A stretch of DNA of 63,678 nt, counting the filler, from Conidiobolus incongruus B7586 (taxonomy: Eukaryota): NCBI GenBank assembly GCA_000697335.1. It is 8 parts of 8 records of this genome, joined end to end, with 100 filler letters (N's around TTAATTAATTAA, not from the genome) between each part and the next. Parts side by side here need not be neighbours in the genome. Positions count along the whole stretch, not along the records: positions 53,231 to 60,502 come from JNEM01006148.1; positions 60,603 to 62,079 come from JNEM01006161.1; positions 62,180 to 63,678 come from JNEM01006164.1; 5 more parts are not named here. One strand, written 5' to 3'. Positions 53,990 to 63,678 of this stretch are shown here, one piece after another; the first letter of the stretch is position 1; each line of letters starts with the position of its first letter. The notes under the pieces are model-generated. The model searched no databases and was not told where the DNA came from. It saw only the letters and a list, made by a program, of their open reading frames with translations. A program made the position numbers and the translations under genes.

Positions 53990-55700
53990 ATTATGAAACA
54001 ATTACCTAATTCTGTTCATAATATTGATCAATTACATAATTCCAACTTGCTCTAATTTTATTATATTAATTAGATAATTCAATCATATAATTAATATTAT
54101 TTATTTACGGATACAAATTATTTGTTACTAATATGTTAATATGGCTATAATTTCAATTAATTAATCTTGATTTTAGATTAAATTATTATAAATAATAATA
54201 ATTATAAATTATTATTGTAACATTTCAAATTTAATATATTTTTTTTAAAAAAAGAAAATATATATTATTTAATATTAATTATTTAAAATTAAATAATATT
54301 AAATAATTATAATAATATAAATAATAAATTATTTAATTTATATTATTTAAAATTTTTTTATTTTTAAATTATTAATAATTACTTGTAAATTATAAAATTT
54401 ATCCACAAAATTTATTCTGGTTTATTAAGTAATATAAAAAGTTAAATTAATATCTTTAATTTCATTATTATTCTGTACATATAATTATCATTGTCCAAAG
54501 TTGATCCAATTTGATCATTCCTGTCCAAATCCTGTATAAAGTGTGAATACCTCAAGGGAATAAGCCTTAACACTAATCTTGAAAGCTTAGTTTGATTCAT
54601 TTTAAGATAATAAAAAATATATTTTTAGCACTATTAATATTTTGATTCATTTTTATATAAAAATATAAAATTTTTGAAAATCTTGCATGATTTCAGTTAT
54701 ATTATTATATGCCCATAATTACTAAGTATTTTATTTATGTGATACTTATAATAAATGATTACTTTGCACCAAATATATTACTTTGTCTTGTTAAATATAT
54801 TTTATATAAATTTATATTAATATTATATTAATATTTCTTTTATAATCTTATTCCAGATACATTTATTAGATCTTTTACTATCTTTTGAGTTTAAAATTCA
54901 AAAGCTAAATAATGTAATTTTATTTAATAATTAACAAGTTTTTTATATAGCTTATTTAAAAGGTCTTTAACCTATATTTTTATTTTGTTTTTTTTCTTAA
55001 AATATTTTCAATAATAAATTATTATTAAATAATTTACTAGATATCATATATTAATAAGAATAAGGGCAATAAACTATGTTAATTTCTTTCCTTCCTTTTA
55101 TTTAATAAATCAACCACAAGGAAAATAACTTGTTGCAAAATTTTATAAATTAAAGTCAAAAAATTTTTATCATATTTCTTTTAAAAACTTGGTTATTACT
55201 TTAAGTTCCAATAGTATAAAAACATAAACGTAAAATTTACTATGTTTTATCTTAGATATTAATTATAATTATGCTTTTTTGGCAATAACTCAGTTGCTCA
55301 AATTAACTTATTATTAAAATTTATAAAATTAAAAATGCTGGTTTTTTAATAATTAAGGTGAATAATAATTAATTCTAATTTGTTTTTTTTCACGTTTATA
55401 TTTGAGTTTTAATTTCTTTTATTAAATATATCAAATTTGGTATAATATGTTTTAAGAATTATCTATTACTTAATCTTGAATATCATTGGGTTTTTTTAAT
55501 ATTCATTAGTATTTATCTTTAACGGAATTTGTTTTTAATTATTTAGTTAATACTGTTTTTTTATTTGATATACATCATTTTTTTCCTTAATATTAATAAT
55601 ATATTAATTATATAATTACTTTTTTGTTTTGAAAAATTTTTAATATTTCTTTTTCATTAAAAAAATTCAATTTCCTCCCCACTAAAGTTCATACCTTGGA
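53990..55700 (-). pseudogene. TnpB/Fanzor2-like RuvC nuclease relic
   Basis: ESN*AFKISVKAYSLEVFTLYTGFGQE*SNWINFGQ (~54600-54491; cf. ENQ..xALDPGVRTFxTGxD..G...xFG) and RINFVDKFY (~54418-54392; cf. RIxNLVDELH). Weaker matches: VKDLL (~54971-54957), NFKLK (~54898) and NYVIDQYY (~54042-54019; cf. IDRDxN). Confidence 0.5.
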
Positions 55701-55739
55701 TTATATTTTTTAAATTATATATACATATTTTTTGTTTCT

Positions 55740-56290
55740 TACTAAATAAAACTTATTATTATTTATAAAATTATAATAATTTTAAAAGGTAATTTATAAG
55801 TTGTTTTTTAAATTATATTTTTTATTATTATTTTAACCCAAAAATATTAAGTTTTATATTAGTTTTTTCAATATATAAATAACTTAAATTTATATTAACA
55901 AAGCATATTTTCGTAGGTAGAAATAACTTCAGATATGTTTCTTTATTATATTGGTTTTAATAAAGTTAAGAAGCAATGGTGATTATAATTGAGTTATTAT
56001 AATATCTTAAAAAATATATTAAACCAACTTTTTCAATATATTAAATTATTTCACGTCTTGTTTTTGGTGTTTTGAACAAATTCTTTTATAGCATATTTTG
56101 ATTTTTAAGTTAGATATTATTTTCTGTTTGATTAGAATGTTGTTTGATATTAAAAATTAAATCTGAATCCACTTGGAGTTCACATGATTCTAATTTTTCC
56201 AGCTTTATCCCAATGTTTAAGATTGCTTCATGGGATTCCAACTTATCCTTGTTTTTGGAAGCAAATCATAGCCAGAATTACTTTATATTT
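55740..56290 (-). pseudogene. tnpA: IS607-family TnpA (MerR-like HTH + serine recombinase) relic
   Basis: Minus-strand translations SNLKHWDKAGKIRIM*TPSGFRF (~56227-56159), KIKICYKRICSKHQKQDV (~56105-56052; cf. YARVSSxxQKxDL) and NISEVISTYENMLC*YKFKLF (~55940-55877; cf. EVVVxYKDRLxRFGFEL), in the expected order. Confidence 0.75.
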
Positions 56291-56690
56291 GATTAATGAT
56301 AATAATAGTGTATTTAGTGTTATACCTTTTCAAACTATATATTGTTGTAAAATAATATCCTAGTGTTTGTGTTGTGATTAATAAATTATTTAGGCTTTAG
56401 TTAAATATTGATAGGCATATGCTCAGGACTAATGAAAACTCTGGGAATAATATCAATAATGATATCAAGTATTTTAGGTTTAATATTTCAAACATATATA
56501 GATTTAGTCTCTATGATTAACATTCAATCAACTTATATGTTAATAATAAATGTTAATTGCATAGTTATCAAAAACATCAGAATTGATCAATATTAAATTT
56601 ATGGGAGATATTTATTCAATAGTAAACAAAAAAATATGACTTATGAGTAAGATTAATATTGAAAATAAAACAAATGATACTGAGTACGAT

Positions 56691-58748
56691 TTACTCGATC
56701 ATTTCTTCCAATTGGCGTTGAGCTTCTTGGAATTCCGAGAGATCTATCGTCTCTTCGAGTTGTTGCTGGGCGTTGGCATCCATCATGTCGCCTTCGGCTT
56801 GCTGGGCCGAGTGACTTCTGGGATTGCCGCCATAATCCACCTCCATTTGCTGGTGGTGTTGGTAGGCTTGACCGATAGGATGGGGTTCCATTTGCGTGAG
56901 CACCGGTGGAAGATCGACAGCAACGCTACCCAGGAGTGTTGGCCATCCAAATAGAGTGAAAAAGGTTTGTTGAAGTCGTTGGTGGTCACGATCCAGAAGT
57001 TGAGCTTCTGAGATTTCTACGCTGGGGTCTTCGGGAGCAAGTCGAGAAATCATTTCAGATAATAAATTAACAGATTGGAGTGTAGGGGGCATGGGCTTGC
57101 CAAAGTCTGTGTGATAGTTCAATCTTCTGCCTAATGATGTTGTAATTAATTTGGGTTGGCCGTCCGCTGTAGTATTTTGTGAACGGTTTTGAAGAGGATT
57201 CATCTTAGCTTGCTTCTTGAGGGAGATTCTCTGACGCTTTCCTTTTGTATTGAAATGATGAGAGAATATATCATTATTGTTGCCTGCTTGATCGCTAGGC
57301 ATAGGATAGTTCATGACTGGGAAATTAGGCTTTTGACAAGTGCGCATCATTTGCTCCAATTCAGGAATAGTGTAATTGGTTTTACCTATTTTATCCAACT
57401 TTTTCCAACGACGCCAGCACTGGTTATCAGTTCTAGTTCCCAAGAACGAGCAAATTTGAGACCATTTACCAAGGCCAATTTTTTGGACAAGTAACAATAA
57501 ATGAGCATCTTCATAATCAGTCCAAGGCTCTTGGTTAACATTGGGATGTAAAATATTCATCCAGCGTTCACGACATTGGACATCAGTACGACCGGGAACA
57601 TGTTGTTGAACCTTGATCCAGTTACCTTCACCATACATTTCAATGGCACTTCTCAAAGCAGCATCCTCAGTAGCATCCCAACGACCACGCTTAATACTAG
57701 GACTCAAAGTCTTTGACCAACGATGGAGACATTGCTGACCAGTTCTGTTATCCAAGCAATGTGCAACTTGTTGCCAGTTACGTTCACCATAAACTCTGAC
57801 AGCTTCGCGAAGGATAGCATCTTCGGCAGCAGTCCAGCGACGTTTGGTCAAAGTAGAATTCAATTTAGACTGAAAATGACAGAAACATTGGACAGCTGTA
57901 CGATTCGTATTCAATTTCAGAGCGATTTGATCCCAATGGAGATATTTAAATTCTTTGACGAGTTCTACTAATCGTTCCTCTTCTTCGCGGGTCCAATCCT
58001 CACGATTAATGAGGGGATGTACCCAACAAGTCCAATGAATTGCACACTCTCTTCCAGTTCTGCCAGGTACATAAAATTTGGCAATTTTGTCCCAATCTAT
58101 ACCCTCCAAATTCATTTCCAAATGTCTGTCGGGCAACTGTTTGACCTCCCATTGACTCGTAATCTTCTTTTCTTTCATCAATCGATCACTTAAAATCTTA
58201 ATATTTTGTTGACGAACACCTTTTGCTAAAGCGATATTCTCCTTCTCATACCACTTCTTGGCGGAGAAGACGAATGGCGGGTACATCTTACGACGCCCGG
58301 TATCGGCATTATCAGGAGGGGTATTACCATACTGATCGACAAAGTAGGGAAAATAACTATAAGTTTGAGTACCTTCACTACCAGGTACTTCGGAATTATT
58401 TTGCAAGTTGGACCTTAATCGACGACGAATTTCAGCGGATGTAGGAATATAGGAAGGAATAGCTACACCACTGCTGGTGTATCGCTTCGTGGACCCGGGA
58501 AGAGCATCCTGAACAATCTGCCTATGTTTATCGACAGTAAGTTTAGCCTGTTCGATTTGGTGCAATTTGGTCTTTAAAGCCTCCTGAAGTCTCCTATTCT
58601 CGAACAAACAAGCCTCTAACTCGGCAACGGACAAGTTCAACTGAGAAAAAACTGCAAAACTAGGCTGATTATCCCTAGCGAAACTGGGATTTTTATTAGT
58701 TACGGGTGTCTCAAAAAGGTTATCACTTGTGGTGGACTGCGATGTCAT
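56691..58748 (-). CDS. SNAPC4: SNAPC4/SNAP190-like multi-Myb-repeat protein (snRNA-activating complex subunit)
   Basis: N-terminal coiled coil, PYFVDQYGNTPPDNADT motif, then DWDKIA...HPLINREDWTREEEERL...WDQIALKLNTNRTAVQC and further Myb repeats, matching the SNAP190 architecture. Confidence 0.82.
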   Translation of the reverse strand: MTSQSTTSDNLFETPVTNKNPSFARDNQPSFAVFSQLNLSVAELEACLFENRRLQEALKTKLHQIEQAKLTVDKHRQIVQDALPGSTKRYTSSGVAIPSYIPTSAEIRRRLRSNLQNNSEVPGSEGTQTYSYFPYFVDQYGNTPPDNADTGRRKMYPPFVFSAKKWYEKENIALAKGVRQQNIKILSDRLMKEKKITSQWEVKQLPDRHLEMNLEGIDWDKIAKFYVPGRTGRECAIHWTCWVHPLINREDWTREEEERLVELVKEFKYLHWDQIALKLNTNRTAVQCFCHFQSKLNSTLTKRRWTAAEDAILREAVRVYGERNWQQVAHCLDNRTGQQCLHRWSKTLSPSIKRGRWDATEDAALRSAIEMYGEGNWIKVQQHVPGRTDVQCRERWMNILHPNVNQEPWTDYEDAHLLLLVQKIGLGKWSQICSFLGTRTDNQCWRRWKKLDKIGKTNYTIPELEQMMRTCQKPNFPVMNYPMPSDQAGNNNDIFSHHFNTKGKRQRISLKKQAKMNPLQNRSQNTTADGQPKLITTSLGRRLNYHTDFGKPMPPTLQSVNLLSEMISRLAPEDPSVEISEAQLLDRDHQRLQQTFFTLFGWPTLLGSVAVDLPPVLTQMEPHPIGQAYQHHQQMEVDYGGNPRSHSAQQAEGDMMDANAQQQLEETIDLSEFQEAQRQLEEMIE

Positions 58749-59171
58749 CCTTTTTTAAAGATAGTTTTATGGGTTATAAAATTTAAAATATGTCCTTATG
58801 GTATCCCAAAAACTGAAATTAGCAGAATTACTTCAAATTGAGATTAAGAAAGTGGGATTGTTTAAAAAATGAAAACCATAATTTGAGTTCCTCAAGGATT
58901 TTAAATATGAATTTTCAAATTAATCTAGGTTAAGTTATTTTTCAATTCAATTTTCTTTTTCTATTAAATTCCCACCAATTATAATCCACTTTCTAAGATC
59001 CTTAATTGTGATTGGTTAAATTTGAATCAACTAATTATTTAAAAGATTCTAGTTCTTTTATTTGAAATTCTGATATCATTCCATCTCATTGGTTGATTTT
59101 CGTAATTCGCATTTTTTAATTTTCATTCATTTGTTCATTCATATAATTATTCATTATTTAATCAATTTGAA

Positions 59172-59208
<37 letters not shown>

Positions 59209-59682
59209 ACATTTAGTCAATATTTTATTCTTTATTAATTTTAAAACTTTAATATTTAATTTTATTACTATATCTATCTATAATAGATAGAAAAATTAAT
59301 AAATTTGAATTATATTTTTTACATTAATTCGACTCAATAAGTTAAATAATGATACAATTTATCCTATTATTTAATCTTGAAATTAGTGAGAAAAACATAT
59401 GAAAAAAAATCATATGTCTAAACCTAAACAAAATGATGCTTGAAATTGTAATAATTAGATGATAATTTTAAAAATTGATAAAATAATAAAAAAATTTCAA
59501 ATATTTTTATAACTAGTAATTTTGTACTTGATCTTAAATTATTAATTCAATACAATATAAAATCAAATCATTATTAGCCAAAATATGATTTAAAATAATT
59601 TACTCATATAATGAAAATGGCAAAATTCACAATAAAGATCTATTGATTGAAGTCTATATATTTAACAATATTTTTGAGAAAA

Positions 59683-60502
59683 TTATTGGGTTAAAAATAC
59701 GAGACAATTGCCATCGTCGGATCCTGAAATAATTGTAGTACCGTCACTGTTAATTGGGTTAGTATATATAGTTATTAATGAAAATAGTAGTAGCTTACTT
59801 TGTGCAAGCAAGGGAGAGGATAGCTTGTTCATGTCCTTTCCAAACCTTGACTTGTTGACCGGTCTTGCCGTCCCATTGTCTGATGACGCCATCCATAGCT
59901 CCTGTTAAGAGGAAGTGGGTGTTGGGAATCCATAACAATTTGGTGACAGCAATCTAAAGTATGTAATTAGTAAATAGTCAATATAGTATTGCTGATAAAT
60001 TACATCGTCATGAGATAAAGAGCTTCTCAATTTGAAATTGGTCAAGTCCCAGATATTGACTTTACCGTCGACGGAAGCGGTGGCGACAAGGTTCATTGTT
60101 TGACAGTAGCTAATAGCTTCGATCGAGTCAGTGTGACCTTCCAAAGCTGCTAAAATGTTGCCATTGCCAAGGAGGACGACACGGCAGGCGCCATCTTGAC
60201 CACCGGTAACGATGATGCGATCATCTAAACTAACTGAGAGGGAGGTGATGGGTTCTTGGTGGAAACGGCCATCTTCACTTGTGAGTTTGACAACGGGCTG
60301 AGCGCTGACAGGGTCCCAAACGATTAATGATCCATCTTCACTTCCAGTGACAATCTTTTTACCATCATGTGTAAAAGTACCGCAGGAGACGGGACCAGTG
60401 TGACCTGCGAAGACATTCATACATTCGCCAGATGGCACCTTGAACATCCATACAGTGGATTCTACAGATCCGCAGATAATCACATTACCTCTAGGATGCC
60501 AT
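59683..60502 (-). CDS. SQT1: Sqt1/AAMP WD40 ribosome-assembly chaperone, 5'-partial, 3 exons visible
   Basis: WHPRGNVIICGS..TVWM..VPSG.CMNVFAGH...CGTFTHDGK.IVTGSEDGSLIVWDP...H.DSIEAI...ATASVDG, ending SGSDDGNCLVF. Confidence 0.85.
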
Positions 60503-60712
60503 NNNNNNNNNNNNNNNNNNNNNNNNNNNNNNNNNNNNNNNNNNNNTTAATTAATTAANNNNNNNNNNNNNNNNNNNNNNNNNNNNNNNNNNNNNNNNNN
60601 NNAATTTTATATATTCTTAATTAAATATTTTATATTAAATTATATAATAATTATATTGTATTAATTTATTATAATATATATTTAATTAAACTATATGAAC
60701 TACTGATTAATA

Positions 60713-60753
60713 TACTAACTTGCAAAAATAAGTTATAAAATCAAAATCACTTA
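60713..60753 (+). mobile_element. Left-end TIR stub of a Tc1 copy, interrupted by another copy
   Basis: TA|TACTAACTTGCAAAAATAAGTTATAAAATCAAAATCACTTA resembles the first ~40 bp of the 25632 element. Confidence 0.7.
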
Positions 60754-60755
60754 TA

Positions 60756-62079
60756 TATTAACTTGCAAAAATGAGTCATAAAATTAAAAACATATATATT
60801 TCTACTAATAACTTGTTTAATATTTATTAAAATAAACCCAAATTAAATATTTTGTATTATATATATTTATTAATAATATAAATCATTAAATAAAGATATT
60901 TAGTAATTAATTGGTTAAGATATCAAATCTCAAATTTTACCTAAAATAAGTTATAAATTTGCAGGTTTTTGGTGATAAAAAAATTAAAACTTAATATATC
61001 TACCTTTAACCTTTTTAATTTCTTTAAGTTTATAGGGTATAGAATCAATTAACTTCTTATATTCAATATAGTTAATTTTATTCTATACTTTTTGAATATA
61101 TTCTTAAAGATGATTTAAATCTTTTGCTAGGGGGAAAACTTTAATAGCTTTTTTTAACTAATCTTAAAAATATTTAATTAGGTTAAGATTAAGAGATTAA
61201 AAAAGCTACTTTATAACTATTATCTTGTTATTTTTAAGTTATTTGGTAGTAAAAGCTGTAATATAATAAAAGGTATTATCTTAATAGAAAATAATATTAG
61301 ATTTGTTTAACCTATATTATTCAATAGTTTTTTTTAACTTATTATATAAAATACTTTAATATATTTTAATATTAATTCCCTTATTAACTTTATAAAAATA
61401 CCTTATATCTAAAAACAATATATATCCTTAAATAATAATTAACCTATTATTATACTTTTGGGTAAAATTAATATAATAGTCATAAAGTAGTTCTGTATCT
61501 TTTCTAAAGCATTTAGCTTTTTTATTAAATCCACTAAAATATATTTTTGTTTTATTAGATTAAATAACCTTATTTTAATTATTTTTAAATTAATATTAAT
61601 AATGACATTTAAACTCCCACTTAACTTTATGATAAGATTTCTTTAGTTAAGGGTATTTTTTCTTAAAATATAAATGATATTTATATTAATATAAAATATA
61701 TATAATAGTGTTAATATTAACTAATATTCTTACATAGTTTTATAGTTCCTCTTATATTTTTATAATAATATTATATTTACCTTTATTAACTAACTTATAA
61801 ATATAATTTTTATTTTATTTATTTATAATTTTAATATATTTAAGTTTAAGTTGAAATATGTTTTTATTGTTATTCTTAATAACTTTAATTATTGTAGATT
61901 AACCAACACTAGTAATTCTAATAATATTATAAGTTAATTTATCTTTTTTATAAAGTTAATTAATATATAAGTAAATTTTTTTAAAGAGGGATTTAAATGT
62001 AATGATATTAATAATACAATATAATATATTTATAAAATTTTATATAAAATAATAATAAAGAGAGAAAAAAAATATGGTT
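60756..62079 (-). mobile_element. Tc1 copy (hypermutated; left end lost in gap)
   Basis: Right TIR TA|TATTAACTTGCAAAAATGAGTCATAAAATT. Transposase relic *DNTFYY...K*L...K*LF*SLNLNLIKYF*D*LKK is collinear with the 25632 copy. Confidence 0.9.
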
Positions 62080-62179
62080 NNNNNNNNNNNNNNNNNNNNN
62101 NNNNNNNNNNNNNNNNNNNNNNNTTAATTAATTAANNNNNNNNNNNNNNNNNNNNNNNNNNNNNNNNNNNNNNNNNNNN

Positions 62180-63626
62180 TATATTATTAAATGATGATAT
62201 TTAGTTATTAATTGGTTAAAATATAAATCTTTAAATTTTACCTAAAGTAAGTTATAAATTTATAGGTTTTTGATGATAAAAAAAAATTAAAACCTAGTAT
62301 ATCTACTTTTAGCTTTACTAACTTCTTTAAGTTTGTAGGGTATAAAATCAATTAACTTTTTATATTAAGAAAGGTTAATCTTATTCTATGTTTCTTAAAT
62401 ATATTCTTAAAATTGATTTAAATCTTTTGTTAAACAAAAAGCTTTAATAACTTTTTTTAACTAATCCTAAAGATGTTCAATTAAATTAAAGTTAAAAAAT
62501 TGAAAAAGCTACTTTATAATTATTATCTTATTATTTTTAAGCTATTTGGTAGTAAAAATTATAATATAACAAGAAGTATTATCTTATTAAAAAATAACAT
62601 CAGATTTATTTAAACTATACTATTCAATAATTTTTTTTAATTTATTATTCAGAATATTTTAATATATTTTAACATTAATTCCCCTATTAACTTTATAAAA
62701 ATACTTTACACCCAGAGATAATATATATCCTTAAATAATAATTAACCTATTATTATACTTTTGGGTAAAATTAATATAATGGTTATAAAGTAGTTTTGTA
62801 ACTTTTTTAAAATATCTAACTTTTTTATTAAATCTATTAAAATATATTTTTGTTTCATTAAATTAAATTACTTTGTTTTAATTAGTTTTAGTTTAATATT
62901 AATAATGATATTTAAACTCCCACCTAGTTTTATAATAGGATTTCTTTAATTAGGGGTGTTTTTTCTTAAAATATAAATAATATCTATGTTAATGTAAAGT
63001 ATATATAATAGTATTAATGTTAACTAATATTCTTATATAGTCTTATAATTCCTGTTATATTTCTATAGTAGTATTATATTTGCTTAACCTAATTAACCTA
63101 TATATATACTTTTTATCATATTTATCTATAATTTTAACATATTTAAGTTTAAGTTTAAATGTTTTTTATTATTATTCTTAATAACTTTAACTATAGTAAA
63201 CTAACTAACACTAGTAATTCTAGCAATATCATAAGTTAATTTATTTTTTTATAAAGTTAATTAATATACAAATATATTTTTTTAAAGAGGGATTTAAACA
63301 TAATAATATTAATAAAAAAATTTAGTATATCTATAAAAAATTATATAAAATAATAGCAAAGAGAGAAAAAAGATATGATTATATATTGTTAAATATATCC
63401 TTTTATCTTAAAAACTCACAAATTTATAACTTACTTTTGTTAAATATTAAAGGTTAATATTTTTGCTAATTGTTTACTAAATATATCTAAATATATTTAT
63501 TTATTATTAAATAGTATACTTTAATTATATATTATAATTTCAAGTAATCTAATATATACAATTGTTTTAGTTATTAACTAAAATATATATATTTTTGATT
63601 TTATGACTTATTTTTACAGGTTAGTA
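62180..63626 (-). mobile_element. Tc1 copy (hypermutated; right TIR lost in gap)
   Basis: Left TIR ...TTTTATGACTTATTTTTACAGGTTAGTA|TA; transposase ATG at 63301 and relic *DNTSCY...QFFNFNLIEHL*D. Confidence 0.9.
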
Positions 63627-63678
63627 TATTTTTATTATTATTTTATTTAATTTTTATTCTAATAAATTTATATTAAAC

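Larger units (their letters stand above)
53950..56300 (-). mobile_element. Decayed IS607-type element (TnpA serine recombinase + TnpB/Fanzor2-like nuclease)
   Basis: Collinear relic motifs of both genes on the minus strand; boundaries approximate. See the two component features. Confidence 0.65.

Noticed and set aside
8919..58748. TFIIIC subunit, tRNA gene and SNAPC4 as a Pol III functional cluster
   Set aside because: Spread over 50 kb and several gaps with unrelated genes in between; chance is sufficient.
9311..60558. Numerous short antisense or alternate-frame ORFs overlapping TFC1, the GPI protein, HSP70, KAP123, SNAPC4 and SQT1
   Set aside because: Shadow ORFs caused by codon bias of the real genes, with no independent motifs.
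20908..62179. Recurrent palindromic TTAATTAATTAA flanked by Ns (7 copies), superficially a repeat array
   Set aside because: It is an artificial six-frame-stop scaffold linker, not biological. ORFs ending in X...LIN are artefacts of it.

Overview
Very AT-rich eukaryotic scaffold with short (~50 nt) GT-AG introns. It looks fungal, most likely an early-diverging lineage such as Entomophthorales/Conidiobolus-like (inference, not verified). Seven artificial 100-nt N-gaps each carry a TTAATTAATTAA six-frame-stop linker, so adjacency across gaps is uncertain. Recognisable genes: TFIIIC tau95 (TFC1), TMEM209-like, cytosolic HSP70 (5' end lost in a gap), DPH5, UBC9, importin-4/KAP123, tRNA-Ile(AAT), an LYR protein, STE20/PAK, the CDC42 C-terminus, a SNAPC4-like Myb protein and SQT1. 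There are also several small secreted proteins, a 228-bp tandem-repeat Cys/Pro-rich protein and a disrupted CTF4/AND-1 copy. The main signals missed by the ORF track are: (1) a decayed IS607-type element on the minus strand (~53950-56300) with a MerR-HTH/serine-recombinase TnpA followed by a TnpB/Fanzor2-like RuvC nuclease relic; (2) several nested DD34E Tc1 copies inactivated almost entirely by C>T/G>A transitions, mostly at CpA, a RIP-like signature; (3) a probable LTR plus truncated gag starting 10 bp upstream of the tRNA-Ile gene, suggesting Ty3-like Pol III targeting.
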